DNA of 48,000 nt from Myxacorys chilensis ATA2-1-KO14 (GCA_019359275.1 JAHHHP010000034.1:1-48000), one strand, 5' to 3'. Positions 1 through 9,910 are shown, numbered from the stretch's first letter. Notes: generated by a model from the letters alone, not told the origin. Translations and numbers: made by a program.

Positions 1-103
1 CATTTGAGGAAGTGCGACAGTATTTGCGGCTCCGTTCACAAATGGCAGAATTCGTGTCTCTATCTATGCGAAGAAGTGTGTTCGTTGAGCGAGTGCAAGC
101 GTT

Positions 104-1258
104 ATACCAATTTAAATTAAGTACAGGGCAAAGGGGTTAGAGTGAGCAAAGTCGTTTAGGCGTCCTACTCATGGCTGGTATCACCTCAATTGATGTCAAG
201 GAAAGTTTGAATGATCTAACAGAACAACTGCGTCAAGCCAAAACGTCGACCCCGAAAGAACGATTTCAAGTGCTCTACGGGTTGAAACAAGAGAATGCAC
301 CCAGCATCAGTGCCATTGCCAAAGCGGTTGGGAAACATCGAAACACCGTACAAACCTAGCTATCGAATGATCGAGAGGGTGGAGTAGAAGCGATGTTGGA
401 AGTCAAGAAATCGCCAGGGGGAATACGGGTGATTCTGCAATGAGCAGAGATGGCACTGGCAAAGCGGTTGCAAAAGCCAAATAAATCATGGATTCAGCAG
501 TTATGGAAAAGTGCAGCAGTGGTTGTCCGAGACGTTGGGGATAGAGGCGGAGTATCATGCGGTCTACCAGATGACGCGCTACCGACTCAAAGCCAAACTT
601 AAGTCTGCCCGTCCGCAAAATTGTCAGCAGGATAGTCAGGGACGAGAGGCGTTTAAGCAACCCTCGCAGACGACCTTAAGCTGCTGAGCCAGTATGACCG
701 CCAAGGACGGCAAGATGAACGTCCCGTTCGCTACTTTGCTCAGGATGAGAGTCGCTTTGGGCTACATACCCTCATCGGACGATTAATCACTGCTTGTGGG
801 GTCAAACCGATTGGTCAGTGGCAATGGTTGTTCAAAACATTCTGGCTCTATGGTGCGGTCGAACCTGCAACCGGAGAGTCCTTTCTTCTGCAATTTTCCC
901 ATGTCGATACGAAGGGCTATCAGCGTTTCCTAAATGAGTTTTCTAGGGCTTATCCCGATAGTCTCAACATTCTTCAAGTCGATAATGGACGGTTTCACAA
1001 GGGTAAAAAGCTGGTTGTGCCAGAGAACATCATCTTATTGTTCCAACCGCCTTACTGCCCAGAGCTAAATCCGATTGAGCGGTTGTGGGAACATCTCAAG
1101 GCCGATCTCAAGTGGGCTTCGTTCAAGACTCTAGCTCAACTGCAAACCAAAGTTGATCAACTGCTGGCTCAGTTAATGCCGGAAATAGTTGCTTCGCTCA
1201 CAGGCTATCCGTTCATTCTGCAGGCCCTATCTGCCTTGAATGCTATTTAAATTGGTAT
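104..1258 (+). mobile_element. IS630-family insertion sequence, decayed copy
   Basis: 14-bp terminal inverted repeats ATACCAATTTAAAT (104-117) and ATTTAAATTGGTAT (1245-1258) bracket ~1.15 kb. The interval carries an HTH segment (171-359) and a DDE segment (657-1250) with '...QDESRFGL...DNGRFH...NPIERLW'. Confidence 0.8.
171..1250 (+). pseudogene. IS630-family transposase, disrupted
   Basis: In-frame TAG at 357-359 and TGA at 441-443 fall where the surrounding reading (WLS..., ...PQWAE...) expects Trp. At least two frame changes (about 480-490 and about 655-660) are needed to join the HTH part to the DDE part. Confidence 0.8.
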
Positions 1259-1346
1259 TAGAAGTGGTGTTCCAATCGGCTTAATAAATGATTTAGGAAG
1301 CATTCCTTCTCTTGTCAATGCCTTGGTTTTAGAGCTTTTGAAGATT

Positions 1347-1562
1347 CAATTCTGACACTTTCGAGCAACGTACTCACCCACCTTCGGTGCCGTCCACGAC
1401 CCACCATCCTCGGGCGCAGACTGCAGACGCTCATATATATAACTGTCTGATCCTGTTACCACTAATCTGGGGCAGTGTTTCGGTGAACCCGAGATAAGCA
1501 GCAATATCAACAAACCGCTTTCCTTGTTTTCGCAGTCGAATAGCTTGATTATTGCAGATCAT
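1347..1562 (-). pseudogene. Transposase N-terminal HTH remnant (IS630-like), fragmentary
   Basis: Minus-strand reading gives 'MICNNQAIRLRKQGKRFVDIAAYLGFTETLPQI*' (1562->1461). A second frame gives '...ERLQSAPEDGGSWTAPKVGEYVARK...'. Both look like HTH/winged-helix pieces, and no DDE part is present. Confidence 0.35.
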
Positions 1563-1719
1563 TCCAAGTTGTTGAGTTTATAAACCAGACATCTGGTCTT
1601 TCCGTAGCTAGCGATTTTTCCTTGAACCCGCATCCTCTCACATTGCCGGGTTGATATGTAGCATGAGCTAGGTACTTTCAACTGTATTCATTCTGCCCCT
1701 TCTTATCTCAAACTCACGT

Positions 1720-3960
1720 TTACTTGATTCCAGTAGACGATCGTTCATTAGTTAACAGACTGATGAGTCCACTGTCTACAAGGAGCGCATTCGCACTTGC
1801 TGAAGATGCGGTATGGTGTGCCTGCACCAACCATCCGCCTGCTACAGGCTCCACAACTAATTGGAGTTCTGATCGGTCACTGAGCCAACGTCCACGTGGA
1901 TCTATCAGAATCGTCAAGCCATTCGAAGTGGGTAGGCATCCTTCACTCACACCAACCTTGCGCAGTCCAATACAAGGTAGCCTATCCAGGGTGGTGTCGG
2001 ATGCTACATAGTGTAGCGCTTGGTCGTCGCAGTCGAGCCATTCGACCACAAAGGGAGCACTGCCTGTTGCACCATCTAAGGTTATCAGGCGGGAATCAAG
2101 GGATTCAACTGGCATGTATAACGGCGAAGTGTGATCAAACCTGCTCGCTACCATTGGTACATTGGAGAATGTGGTAGGGGCTCGACGATGAGGTGTGGAC
2201 AGCGACGCAAGTCCAGCCGCAGCCGCAGCCGCATCGCCGATGTCCCCTACTAGTTGGCGCCAATCAGACCAACGTGTTAGGAGAGCAGACCCCGAAAGTA
2301 GCAGCCACGGGTCATCAGCCCCTCGATCCAATAGCACTGCACGCATTGCAGGGCCATTAGTTTGTAGCTTAACAGCAGTCTCGTCAGCCTGGATTAATCG
2401 CTGAACGATATCGCGATGACGGTGCGAGTCAGCTTCACTAAGGCTGACCTGCCGCAAGGCACCAGTTGCACCGGAGGCATAGGCACGCACGGTAACTCCA
2501 CCTGGCACATAGTCCAGTCCCAAACTTACTACACGATGACGGGCTAGTCCCGCCAGAACCACCCGGTTTGCAGACTCTATGCTCAACCCTAGCGGTAGTG
2601 CCAGCAGCACGTGCTCACGGACTTTCCAGGCGCGAGGCTGTGCCGCTAGTGCAAGCCAGCGAGGATTGTCCTCTAAAGCAGGTTTGCGTACTGGTGTATA
2701 GGTACCGGAATGCTGCAGTGCCGCAACTTTGTCTCGATAAATCAGCCTCACCGCCGTATCCCAATCGGGGACAACGGCATCTAGGTACGAACGAACTGCC
2801 GCATCGGTAACCCTAGGAGCGATGCGGCAAACAACGGACTTTCGCAAATCTGGCTCTGTTGGTAGGGTGGGAAGTCCAAGATCACTGAGCGTGGAGTTGG
2901 CAACCTCTGGATCAACACTCGCCAACTCCAGGACAGCGTCCTCACGGGGGTTATGACCCAGTCGAACCTCCCAGGCGTTGGAACCCTCGTAGCTGTGCCA
3001 TCCCTTCTGGTGCTTGTGAAGGGCAATGCCAGGATCGTTGATCAAGCAGTTGGTCGAACAGAATCCGCACTCGTCGGGTTTTCGCCATACATCATCCTTC
3101 TCCATAAGGAAGGCAAGGATCTCCTGCCGACGAACAGGAGTATATCGATAAAAGTCTACGACCTTGATGCGGTCGAGCACCTCATCATGCTTAACGTTCC
3201 ACTGGTTGAGGCCCGAGAATCCCGGCGACTGATGATAAACACGCCGTCCATCTTCTAGCCACGCTTCAATCTCAACTGGGTCATAGATGTTGCGCATATG
3301 GAACCATTCCAGACGCTCTTGCATGATCTGGCCTCGGGAAAGACCAGTAACGATAAACCGCACGCCTAGCTTGTCAGCTCTGGTCAGAGCGTGGTCGAGC
3401 AAGCTACGGAAACAGCCCATGCAAGGCGTGGAGAACCGCGAGAGGCTATTCCTAATTGTCTCTCCCACTCCAGCGGGTCTAAGGGTCAGATGCGTAACAC
3501 CAAGCTTTTTGGTCACGCGATTGATATTATCCAATGCGCGAGCGGAGATAAAGCCGTTGTCAAGCGTGAATGTCGTTACCGACAGTCCCATCTCTACTAA
3601 TTTGTACAAGGCGTAGGTGCTGTCCTTGCCACCACTGTAAAGCAGCATACAATCGAATTGAGCCTGTTCGTCTCTCTGTAGCTGCGTTAGCAACCGGACA
3701 AGAGCCGCTGCCTCGCTGAACCACGCCTCGCTTCGCTCCCGATCTTGCTGGTAGCGCCGGCAATGCGAGCAGACTTGCCACTCATCGAAGCTGACTCCTG
3801 GATAGCGGATGCTGATCCCACAGCAGTCACACCGAGCCTCATCAATGTTAAATCTACGAGAGTCCGTATCTACTTGGTCGGCTAGGTCGATACTCACCAG
3901 TGGGCTCTTGCGAAGAGCGGAGATCACCATCGCTCGTTGATGTAGACGGTCTGCTATCAT
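1720..3960 (-). CDS. PP-loop ATP pyrophosphatase (N-acetyl-sugar-amidotransferase/WbuX-PseA-like N-terminal half) fused to a C-terminal condensation-like domain lacking the catalytic His motif
   Basis: The N-terminus has a Cys-ribbon 'CDCCGISIRYPGVSFDEWQVCSHCRRY' followed by the PP-loop 'MLLYSGGKDSTYAL'. The C-terminal ~310 aa shows C-domain-like spacing: 'RWLALAAQPRAW', 'LARHRVVSL', and 'WLLLSGSALLTRWS' where HHxxxDG would sit. Confidence 0.75.
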   Translation of the reverse strand: MIADRLHQRAMVISALRKSPLVSIDLADQVDTDSRRFNIDEARCDCCGISIRYPGVSFDEWQVCSHCRRYQQDRERSEAWFSEAAALVRLLTQLQRDEQAQFDCMLLYSGGKDSTYALYKLVEMGLSVTTFTLDNGFISARALDNINRVTKKLGVTHLTLRPAGVGETIRNSLSRFSTPCMGCFRSLLDHALTRADKLGVRFIVTGLSRGQIMQERLEWFHMRNIYDPVEIEAWLEDGRRVYHQSPGFSGLNQWNVKHDEVLDRIKVVDFYRYTPVRRQEILAFLMEKDDVWRKPDECGFCSTNCLINDPGIALHKHQKGWHSYEGSNAWEVRLGHNPREDAVLELASVDPEVANSTLSDLGLPTLPTEPDLRKSVVCRIAPRVTDAAVRSYLDAVVPDWDTAVRLIYRDKVAALQHSGTYTPVRKPALEDNPRWLALAAQPRAWKVREHVLLALPLGLSIESANRVVLAGLARHRVVSLGLDYVPGGVTVRAYASGATGALRQVSLSEADSHRHRDIVQRLIQADETAVKLQTNGPAMRAVLLDRGADDPWLLLSGSALLTRWSDWRQLVGDIGDAAAAAAGLASLSTPHRRAPTTFSNVPMVASRFDHTSPLYMPVESLDSRLITLDGATGSAPFVVEWLDCDDQALHYVASDTTLDRLPCIGLRKVGVSEGCLPTSNGLTILIDPRGRWLSDRSELQLVVEPVAGGWLVQAHHTASSASANALLVDSGLISLLTNERSSTGIK
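1723..2673 (-). other. Degenerate condensation-like (docking/interface-type?) domain of the PP-loop protein (approximate bounds)
   Basis: Motif order and spacing resemble C1/C2/C3 of NRPS C domains. The C3 position reads 'LSGSALLTRWS' (nt ~2266-2304) with no His-His. Confidence 0.4.
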
Positions 3961-4107
3961 AGCATCATGCCAGTGATACTTTTCATAAAGACTCGGCTAT
4001 TAGTTAGTTAACGTGAGCCTAGTTCATAATACGATAGCAAAAAGAATTTTTTAGAACAATACTGATGACTGATGTTCGACCATAGCTTGAGCTAAGGAGG
4101 CTAGCTT

Positions 4108-4812
4108 TTGGCTAAGAAAGAGGGTGAACATGCTTGCAGAGTTGACATCTGGCGCTTAAGGTTCGACAGCGCGATGATAGAGCAGAACGGATGGTCACTG
4201 CTAGACTCATCTGAGAGAGTGCGCGCCAAGTCCTTTCGGTTCGAACATGATTGCCGTCGCTTTGTGCTGAGCCATGCCTTCCTTCGAACTGTACTTGCGG
4301 GCTATCGCGACGAACGTCCGGAAAAAGTTGCCTTTACTTTGGGACTTCATGGGAAGCCTAGACTGGCAAATCGTGAGGATCCTCTAAGATTCAACCTTAG
4401 CCATTGTGATAGCACCTGCTTAGTTGCTGTCACTGAAGGGACTGAGATCGGGGTAGATGTAGAGGATTTGCGTGTAGTAGCCGATCGAGACTTGATAGCA
4501 ACTAGCGTGCTTACCTCCGCGGAGCAGGAAGCCATGTGGACCGCTGCACCAGAATTGCACGACGAATTGTTCTTGCGTTTCTGGACCCGTAAGGAGGCAG
4601 TGCTGAAGGCGGATGGGTCTGCCTTGTTCGAAGCTCCCGGTTCTGTAGAGACACACATCAATGCACCAGATTGTGCTGTGTTACGCTGTGCAGCTAACGG
4701 TGGCAAGGCCTCCATCTACCGCCTGTTCGATCTTAGTTGCGAATCTGTGATTGCTGCCGTTGCGATTCTTGATTGGGCGGGATCCGTCGTTCTAGCGGAG
4801 CGGAGTACATGA
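4108..4812 (+). CDS. 4'-phosphopantetheinyl transferase, Sfp type
   Basis: Motifs 'GKPRL', 'FNLSHCDSTCLVAV', 'GVDVEDL' and 'FWTRKEAVLKADG'. TTG start at 4108 lies 7 nt after the AAGGAGG Shine-Dalgarno (4094-4100). Confidence 0.9.
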   Translation: MAKKEGEHACRVDIWRLRFDSAMIEQNGWSLLDSSERVRAKSFRFEHDCRRFVLSHAFLRTVLAGYRDERPEKVAFTLGLHGKPRLANREDPLRFNLSHCDSTCLVAVTEGTEIGVDVEDLRVVADRDLIATSVLTSAEQEAMWTAAPELHDELFLRFWTRKEAVLKADGSALFEAPGSVETHINAPDCAVLRCAANGGKASIYRLFDLSCESVIAAVAILDWAGSVVLAERST

Positions 4813-5438
4813 TGCCTGATCATCCCCTTCTGAAGCAATGGTTGCTTGATCCTGCAGTCGTTGGGATACCGTTTATCCAAGAGCTCGGCGGACTGCACGC
4901 TTTGGAACTGGTAGCTGATCTCATTGATGCTAAGGGCTGGTGGCAGCATGGCTTTCCGCCGTCTTCATTCCCAAAATACGTGGCGCATTTAGCAGCGCCG
5001 ATGGAACGCCCACAACCAGGTTTTGTCCGAATTCTTTACTTTCCCACGCGCCCGGCTGATATCCCGGCATTCTTGGCACTAATATCTTTTGTTATTTTAT
5101 TTGCGCGATTAAATTATTATCATGGGCCGGTCGCTTGGCTCAACTTTCCGCTAGGTCTACTGGATGAGGCACACATTGGAACCATGCGGTCCGTCATGGT
5201 GGAACTCGATAGACTTGTTTTGCGACCCCAGCAAATGGGTCCGAGTCTGGCTTTCGAGGGCGACGATGCCACCGATGCTGTTCTCTTTATTGGTGCGCGC
5301 CCACCGAAGGCATGGGAACTTATGTCTGGTTCCGTCTTTGCTACGGAGTGGGGGCTGCCGCTCATCTGCATTCCCAGTAGGACGCTCAGCGAGGTGACAC
5401 TTGACCGAGTCCCATGGTTGGAGCAAGGCAGCATATGA
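4809..5438 (+). CDS. Hypothetical protein (no family recognised), translationally coupled on both sides
   Basis: ATG at 4809 overlaps the PPTase stop (ATGA), and its own stop overlaps the NRPS ATG at 5435 (ATGA). It has one hydrophobic stretch, 'IPAFLALISFVILFARL'. The ORF-track start at 4773 is less likely. Confidence 0.6.
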   Translation: MMPDHPLLKQWLLDPAVVGIPFIQELGGLHALELVADLIDAKGWWQHGFPPSSFPKYVAHLAAPMERPQPGFVRILYFPTRPADIPAFLALISFVILFARLNYYHGPVAWLNFPLGLLDEAHIGTMRSVMVELDRLVLRPQQMGPSLAFEGDDATDAVLFIGARPPKAWELMSGSVFATEWGLPLICIPSRTLSEVTLDRVPWLEQGSI

Positions 5439-8400
5439 TTTCCGTCAGTTTCCTTACATCACTTCAGGAAGGAATTCTACTGCATCATCTACAGTCCCCT
5501 GAGCAGCCCGATTACGTTGTTCAGCTTAGCGCAGATGTCCGCGACCTTGATTTAGACCGGTGGCGCAGTGCTTGGAATTTTGTTGTCGCACGCCATCCGA
5601 TGTTGCGTACTGCGATTGCTTGGAAGACGCAGCTGCGACCGCTTCAGCTCACTGTGTCTGATGTAGAGATGCCCTGGAGCATTCTGGATTGGAGCAAACA
5701 CCCCCCAGACGTTCAAACAAAGGACTTTGAGGCACTCTTACGAGTCGACCGCGACACTCTCTTCAAGCTCACGCATCCACCTTTGATGCGTGGAATCTTA
5801 ATTATCCTAAGTCCAGGTCGGTGGCGATTCCTGTGGACCTACCACCACCTCATTCTCGATGCTTGGTCATCCTCACTGATTCTTAGTGAGGTGACCGCTG
5901 CCTATCTAAATGAGGTGGTGCCTGTAACTTCCGACGAAGGTATTCCGTTCAAACGTTACGTCGACTACCTTACTGGACTTGACCTGACGGAAGCCGAAGG
6001 TTATTGGAGAAGAACCTTGACTGGAGCGGTTGTCACGCCAATTTGGCATGGTCACGGGGAGGTAGGGAGCACAACCTCGATGCTAGACGAGGCATCATCA
6101 GGGAGACTGACCACCTTTTGTCGCAGTCAGGGTGTGACTTTGGCAACCTTGGTTCAAGCAGCTTGGGCTTTGGTGATTGCACGCTGGAACGGGACATTGG
6201 AGACTATTGTCGGCGTGACCGTCTCAGATCGTCCGTCCGAGATCGACGGGGTGGAACGCATGATTGGTCCATGTATCGCTACCCTGCCCGTTCGCTTGAA
6301 GATCCCACTACAGCAACGTGTGCGGGAGCATCTCGCGGCTGTCCAAGCGGCGGCGGTGGACATGCGAGAACATTCTCACGCCCCGCTCTCGCGTATCCTT
6401 GGCTGGGTAGGTGCGGATGCAGCAAGTGCCCTGTTCGATACCCTGATTGTCTTCGAGAATCTACCCAGTGAACTGAGCGCTCTCACTGGTGACTCGAACG
6501 CGCCTTTCAGCAATCTGCGAAGCGAGTGGTACACACATTATCCACTGACAGTCATGGTTGTTCCTGGTTCGAGGCTGACAGTTCAGATGCGAGCAGCTGG
6601 CGATCAAGCTCTGCTTGACAAATTGGCGGATGCCCTTCTCAAGGGAATCCAAGCCCTGGCACGCGATCCGGACCGTTTTGTGGAACAGGCTCTGGGAGAA
6701 GTCCCAGCCCCCGAGCTGTCGCCCATAGCTGTAGGTTCCTTAAAGCCTGACTATCTTACGACACCTGCACCAGTTTTAATAATGCAGGCTTGCACCGCGT
6801 TTGCAGCGAGTCCAGCCATTGTAACAGCAACGGAAACTGTTAGTTATGACGAACTTGGAGCACGAATCCACCGACTGTCCTTAGCCCTAGCGGCACATGG
6901 TGTGCAGCCAGGCATGCGTGTTGTGGTGCGGCTTGCTCGGACATCATGGCTGCCTGCCGCCCTAATCGGGATCCAAATGGTGGGTGCAGCCTATGTGGCT
7001 TTGGATCCGGGACTACCGCCTGAACGGTTCACTAAATTGATGGTGCGCGCTGGGAGCGATTGGCTTCTCGTCGACCGATCGGATGGCTTTCCTACACCAG
7101 TAGGAATGAAGGTACTGGTCCTCGACGAGTTGGCCGAGGCTGCTGCGGTACCCTTGCCAGCAGTTTCACCGACCGCAACAGCATATATCATCTTTACCTC
7201 AGGCTCTACAGGTCAACCCAATGCTGTAGTAATTAGACACGCAGCCCTATCGAATCTGCTTCGCGCCATAGCCGTGGTTCCGGGTCTCGCAGCAGGCGAC
7301 AGAGTGTTGGCTACTACCACCATAGGGTTTGACATTGCCGTCGTCGAGCTCCTGGCACCTCTGTGCGTGGGGGCGACAGTGCTGCTGTACGATCAGCCAG
7401 TCTCCACAAACCCGCAGGAGGTGATTCAGTTTATCACTGCCACTGCCCCGGACGTCATCCAAGCAACTCCCTCACTTTGGGAGCTCCTGTTTGCTCACGG
7501 CTGGACCGGTAGACCGAGCCTTCGCGCTTGGTCAGGCGGTGAGCGACTATCCCAGGACCTCGCATGGCGGTTGAAGGCACATGCCCGCGAGGTTTGGAAC
7601 CTTTATGGTCCAACCGAAACTACGATCTGGTCAACTGCAGCCCAGATCACTGAGGTGAAAAGTCCCGTAGTGATCGGCAGACCACTAGCAAATACCTCTA
7701 TCGTTCTGCTTGACGACACTGGGAGGCGAGTTAGTATCGGCGCAATCGGTGAAATATGCATCGGTGGTGCCGGTCTGGCTGACGGTTATGATGGAGATCC
7801 TTACCTGGCTTCCCAACGCTTTACTTTCTGGCACAGTGATAGCGGCGTACAGCGACTCTACCACACTGGTGACTTCGGACGTTTCCTTACCGACGGCTCA
7901 CTGCTATACCTTGGTCGCTGTGACCGTCAATTAAAAATTCGTGGTGTACGCGTCGAACCCGAAGAGATCGAGGCTATGCTGCGACAGCATCCCAGTGTAG
8001 CTGCCGCGGCGGTAATTCCCTTCCGGTCTCCACTAGACGGAGACCGAATGGAGTTGGCAGGGTTCGTCCAGATACAGCTAGGAATGCCCGCACCAGATTT
8101 TCGCGATATATGGAAAGCCCTAAGCCAACGGCTGCCGACATATATGGCATCGCTGCGGCTCAAGGTGCTGGACCGCTTGCCTTTATCACCTAACGGCAAG
8201 GTCGACCAGCGCCAGCTAGTGGTCATGGCTGAAGCAGAAGAGCTAGGTGCTGTCCCTACTACAGCCGGGGGCGTACCCATTCTCGAACTAGTGCTCCAGA
8301 TTCTTCGTCACGTGCTGAACCAACCGGACCTGGGCTCCGCAGATGATTTCTTGGCAGCTGGCGGCGATTCACTTTTGGCCATGCGGGTGGTGGCGCGAAT

Positions 8401-9910
8401 CAACCACGTTTGCGGTGTAGACTTGAGGCCTAGTATTGTTGTGGAACGCCGTTGCGCTGCGGCTCTAGCCGCTGTAGTAGCTGAATACCTCGCATCAGGC
8501 ATTATTGGACTGTCTCTTCGAAACGTGGCTAAACGGTGCAACGGTCCAGCACCTCTGACCGATAGCCAGCGTCAGCTATGGTTTCTAGGAGTCGATCAGG
8601 TGGGTCTTGCACCTTACCATCTTGTTGCTGCAATCGCTATCGATTGGCATGTTGACGCAGATGCTTTGCAACGTGCCATCAACGAACTCATCAATCGACA
8701 CGACATCCTGCGTACTGGCTTTCGCCAGGAGACTAGTGGCGTTATGCAAGAGGCTGTAAGCGTGTTCAACGCGCCGCTGTCCATTGCCAAGGTAGAGCCT
8801 GGGGAAACGCTTGAAAAGGCCGTGGAGCGGCTTGCCATCGAGAGTGCCGCCCAACCGTTTGACCGGACACACCCACCGCTATTACGATTCTCGCTAGTGC
8901 AGAGCGAATCCAGTCAGTTCGCCATTCTTCTAGCTATCGACCATATCATTGCAGACGCTTGGTCGATCCGGCTGATGTTCTCGGAATTAGTGGAAACCTA
9001 CGAGCGAGAGGGGAATCATAAGGTCGTTAAGGGCTTGACCCAACCACTACAATTTCAGGATTTTGCATGTTGGCGCGCTGAAACCGCTTCTCCGGAGCAG
9101 ATGGTTTCGGATCTCAACTATTGGCGCCGTAAGCTGGCTGATTTATCGCACAGTGGACTGCCTCTAGACAAGCCGCGGCCGGCCCAGCGCACCTTCATGT
9201 GCGACAATGTATTCCTGATCCTGGCTCTCGACGATACGCAACGCGTGCTAGACCTTGCCCGCCGCAATTCAACAAGCTTATTCTCACTATTGCTGTCCGC
9301 GTACCGTGTGGTTTTGCTGCGCACCATGGGCGAAGCACGAGCTGGTATTGGAACCATGCTAGCAGGTCGCGACCATCCTGATCTTGAGTCCATGCTAGGC
9401 TTCTTGGCTCGGACAGTGGTGTTACATAATCCGATCACTGCTGAAATGAACTTTGCTGAAATTTTGCTACGGGAACGTGAAACCCTCTTAGATGCATGGC
9501 GTCATCAATCTGTGGCATTCGACGAGATTGTCTCGGATCAGCGTAGGCGGAATTTATCGAATGGTGTCAATCCAATGTTTCAGACCATGTTCGTCACCTA
9601 CGCCAAAGGTATGCCGGACAGCCGTAGGACAATGGTAGGTGTTCAGCTTCTGAAAATTGCGCCGCGTTTTGTGGAGTTCGATTTAGTCGTCCGTTGCTAC
9701 GAGAACGAGGAATCGTTAGAGTTTTGCTTCAGCTACGACACTGCTATTTTCGAGAATGCGACGATTGTGCGTATGGTAAAGAACTACAAGCTGCTGCTGT
9801 CGCTAGTGACTCAATATCCCGACTTGCCTGTGGGACGTTTGCCACTTGGTGGCTCAGAGACAGACGAACTTGTTGACGCCTTCCTCAACACTGAGGGGAG
9901 GGGACAATGA
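5435..9910 (+). CDS. NRPS, C-A-T-C
   Basis: C1 'YHHLILDAWSS'. A domain 'IIFTSGSTGQPNAV' (A3, Lys replaced by Asn), 'NLYGPTETT', 'YHTGDFGR', 'LKIRGVRVEPEEIE', 'PNGKVD'. T 'AAGGDSLLA'. C2 'LTDSQRQLWFL' and 'DHIIADAWS'. An alternative start is ATG 5414. Confidence 0.95.
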   Translation: MISVSFLTSLQEGILLHHLQSPEQPDYVVQLSADVRDLDLDRWRSAWNFVVARHPMLRTAIAWKTQLRPLQLTVSDVEMPWSILDWSKHPPDVQTKDFEALLRVDRDTLFKLTHPPLMRGILIILSPGRWRFLWTYHHLILDAWSSSLILSEVTAAYLNEVVPVTSDEGIPFKRYVDYLTGLDLTEAEGYWRRTLTGAVVTPIWHGHGEVGSTTSMLDEASSGRLTTFCRSQGVTLATLVQAAWALVIARWNGTLETIVGVTVSDRPSEIDGVERMIGPCIATLPVRLKIPLQQRVREHLAAVQAAAVDMREHSHAPLSRILGWVGADAASALFDTLIVFENLPSELSALTGDSNAPFSNLRSEWYTHYPLTVMVVPGSRLTVQMRAAGDQALLDKLADALLKGIQALARDPDRFVEQALGEVPAPELSPIAVGSLKPDYLTTPAPVLIMQACTAFAASPAIVTATETVSYDELGARIHRLSLALAAHGVQPGMRVVVRLARTSWLPAALIGIQMVGAAYVALDPGLPPERFTKLMVRAGSDWLLVDRSDGFPTPVGMKVLVLDELAEAAAVPLPAVSPTATAYIIFTSGSTGQPNAVVIRHAALSNLLRAIAVVPGLAAGDRVLATTTIGFDIAVVELLAPLCVGATVLLYDQPVSTNPQEVIQFITATAPDVIQATPSLWELLFAHGWTGRPSLRAWSGGERLSQDLAWRLKAHAREVWNLYGPTETTIWSTAAQITEVKSPVVIGRPLANTSIVLLDDTGRRVSIGAIGEICIGGAGLADGYDGDPYLASQRFTFWHSDSGVQRLYHTGDFGRFLTDGSLLYLGRCDRQLKIRGVRVEPEEIEAMLRQHPSVAAAAVIPFRSPLDGDRMELAGFVQIQLGMPAPDFRDIWKALSQRLPTYMASLRLKVLDRLPLSPNGKVDQRQLVVMAEAEELGAVPTTAGGVPILELVLQILRHVLNQPDLGSADDFLAAGGDSLLAMRVVARINHVCGVDLRPSIVVERRCAAALAAVVAEYLASGIIGLSLRNVAKRCNGPAPLTDSQRQLWFLGVDQVGLAPYHLVAAIAIDWHVDADALQRAINELINRHDILRTGFRQETSGVMQEAVSVFNAPLSIAKVEPGETLEKAVERLAIESAAQPFDRTHPPLLRFSLVQSESSQFAILLAIDHIIADAWSIRLMFSELVETYEREGNHKVVKGLTQPLQFQDFACWRAETASPEQMVSDLNYWRRKLADLSHSGLPLDKPRPAQRTFMCDNVFLILALDDTQRVLDLARRNSTSLFSLLLSAYRVVLLRTMGEARAGIGTMLAGRDHPDLESMLGFLARTVVLHNPITAEMNFAEILLRERETLLDAWRHQSVAFDEIVSDQRRRNLSNGVNPMFQTMFVTYAKGMPDSRRTMVGVQLLKIAPRFVEFDLVVRCYENEESLEFCFSYDTAIFENATIVRMVKNYKLLLSLVTQYPDLPVGRLPLGGSETDELVDAFLNTEGRGQ

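Noticed and set aside
403-660. 85-aa minus-strand ORF inside the IS630 copy.
   Set aside because: It is antisense to the recognisable, though broken, transposase reading frames.
1347-1361. The 15-mer AATTCTGACACTTTC is shared between 1347-1361 and ~13036-13050, both next to transposase remnants. It could be a common IS end.
   Set aside because: A single 15-16-nt match is about what chance gives in 48 kb compared against itself, and the flanks do not align. I could not extend it.
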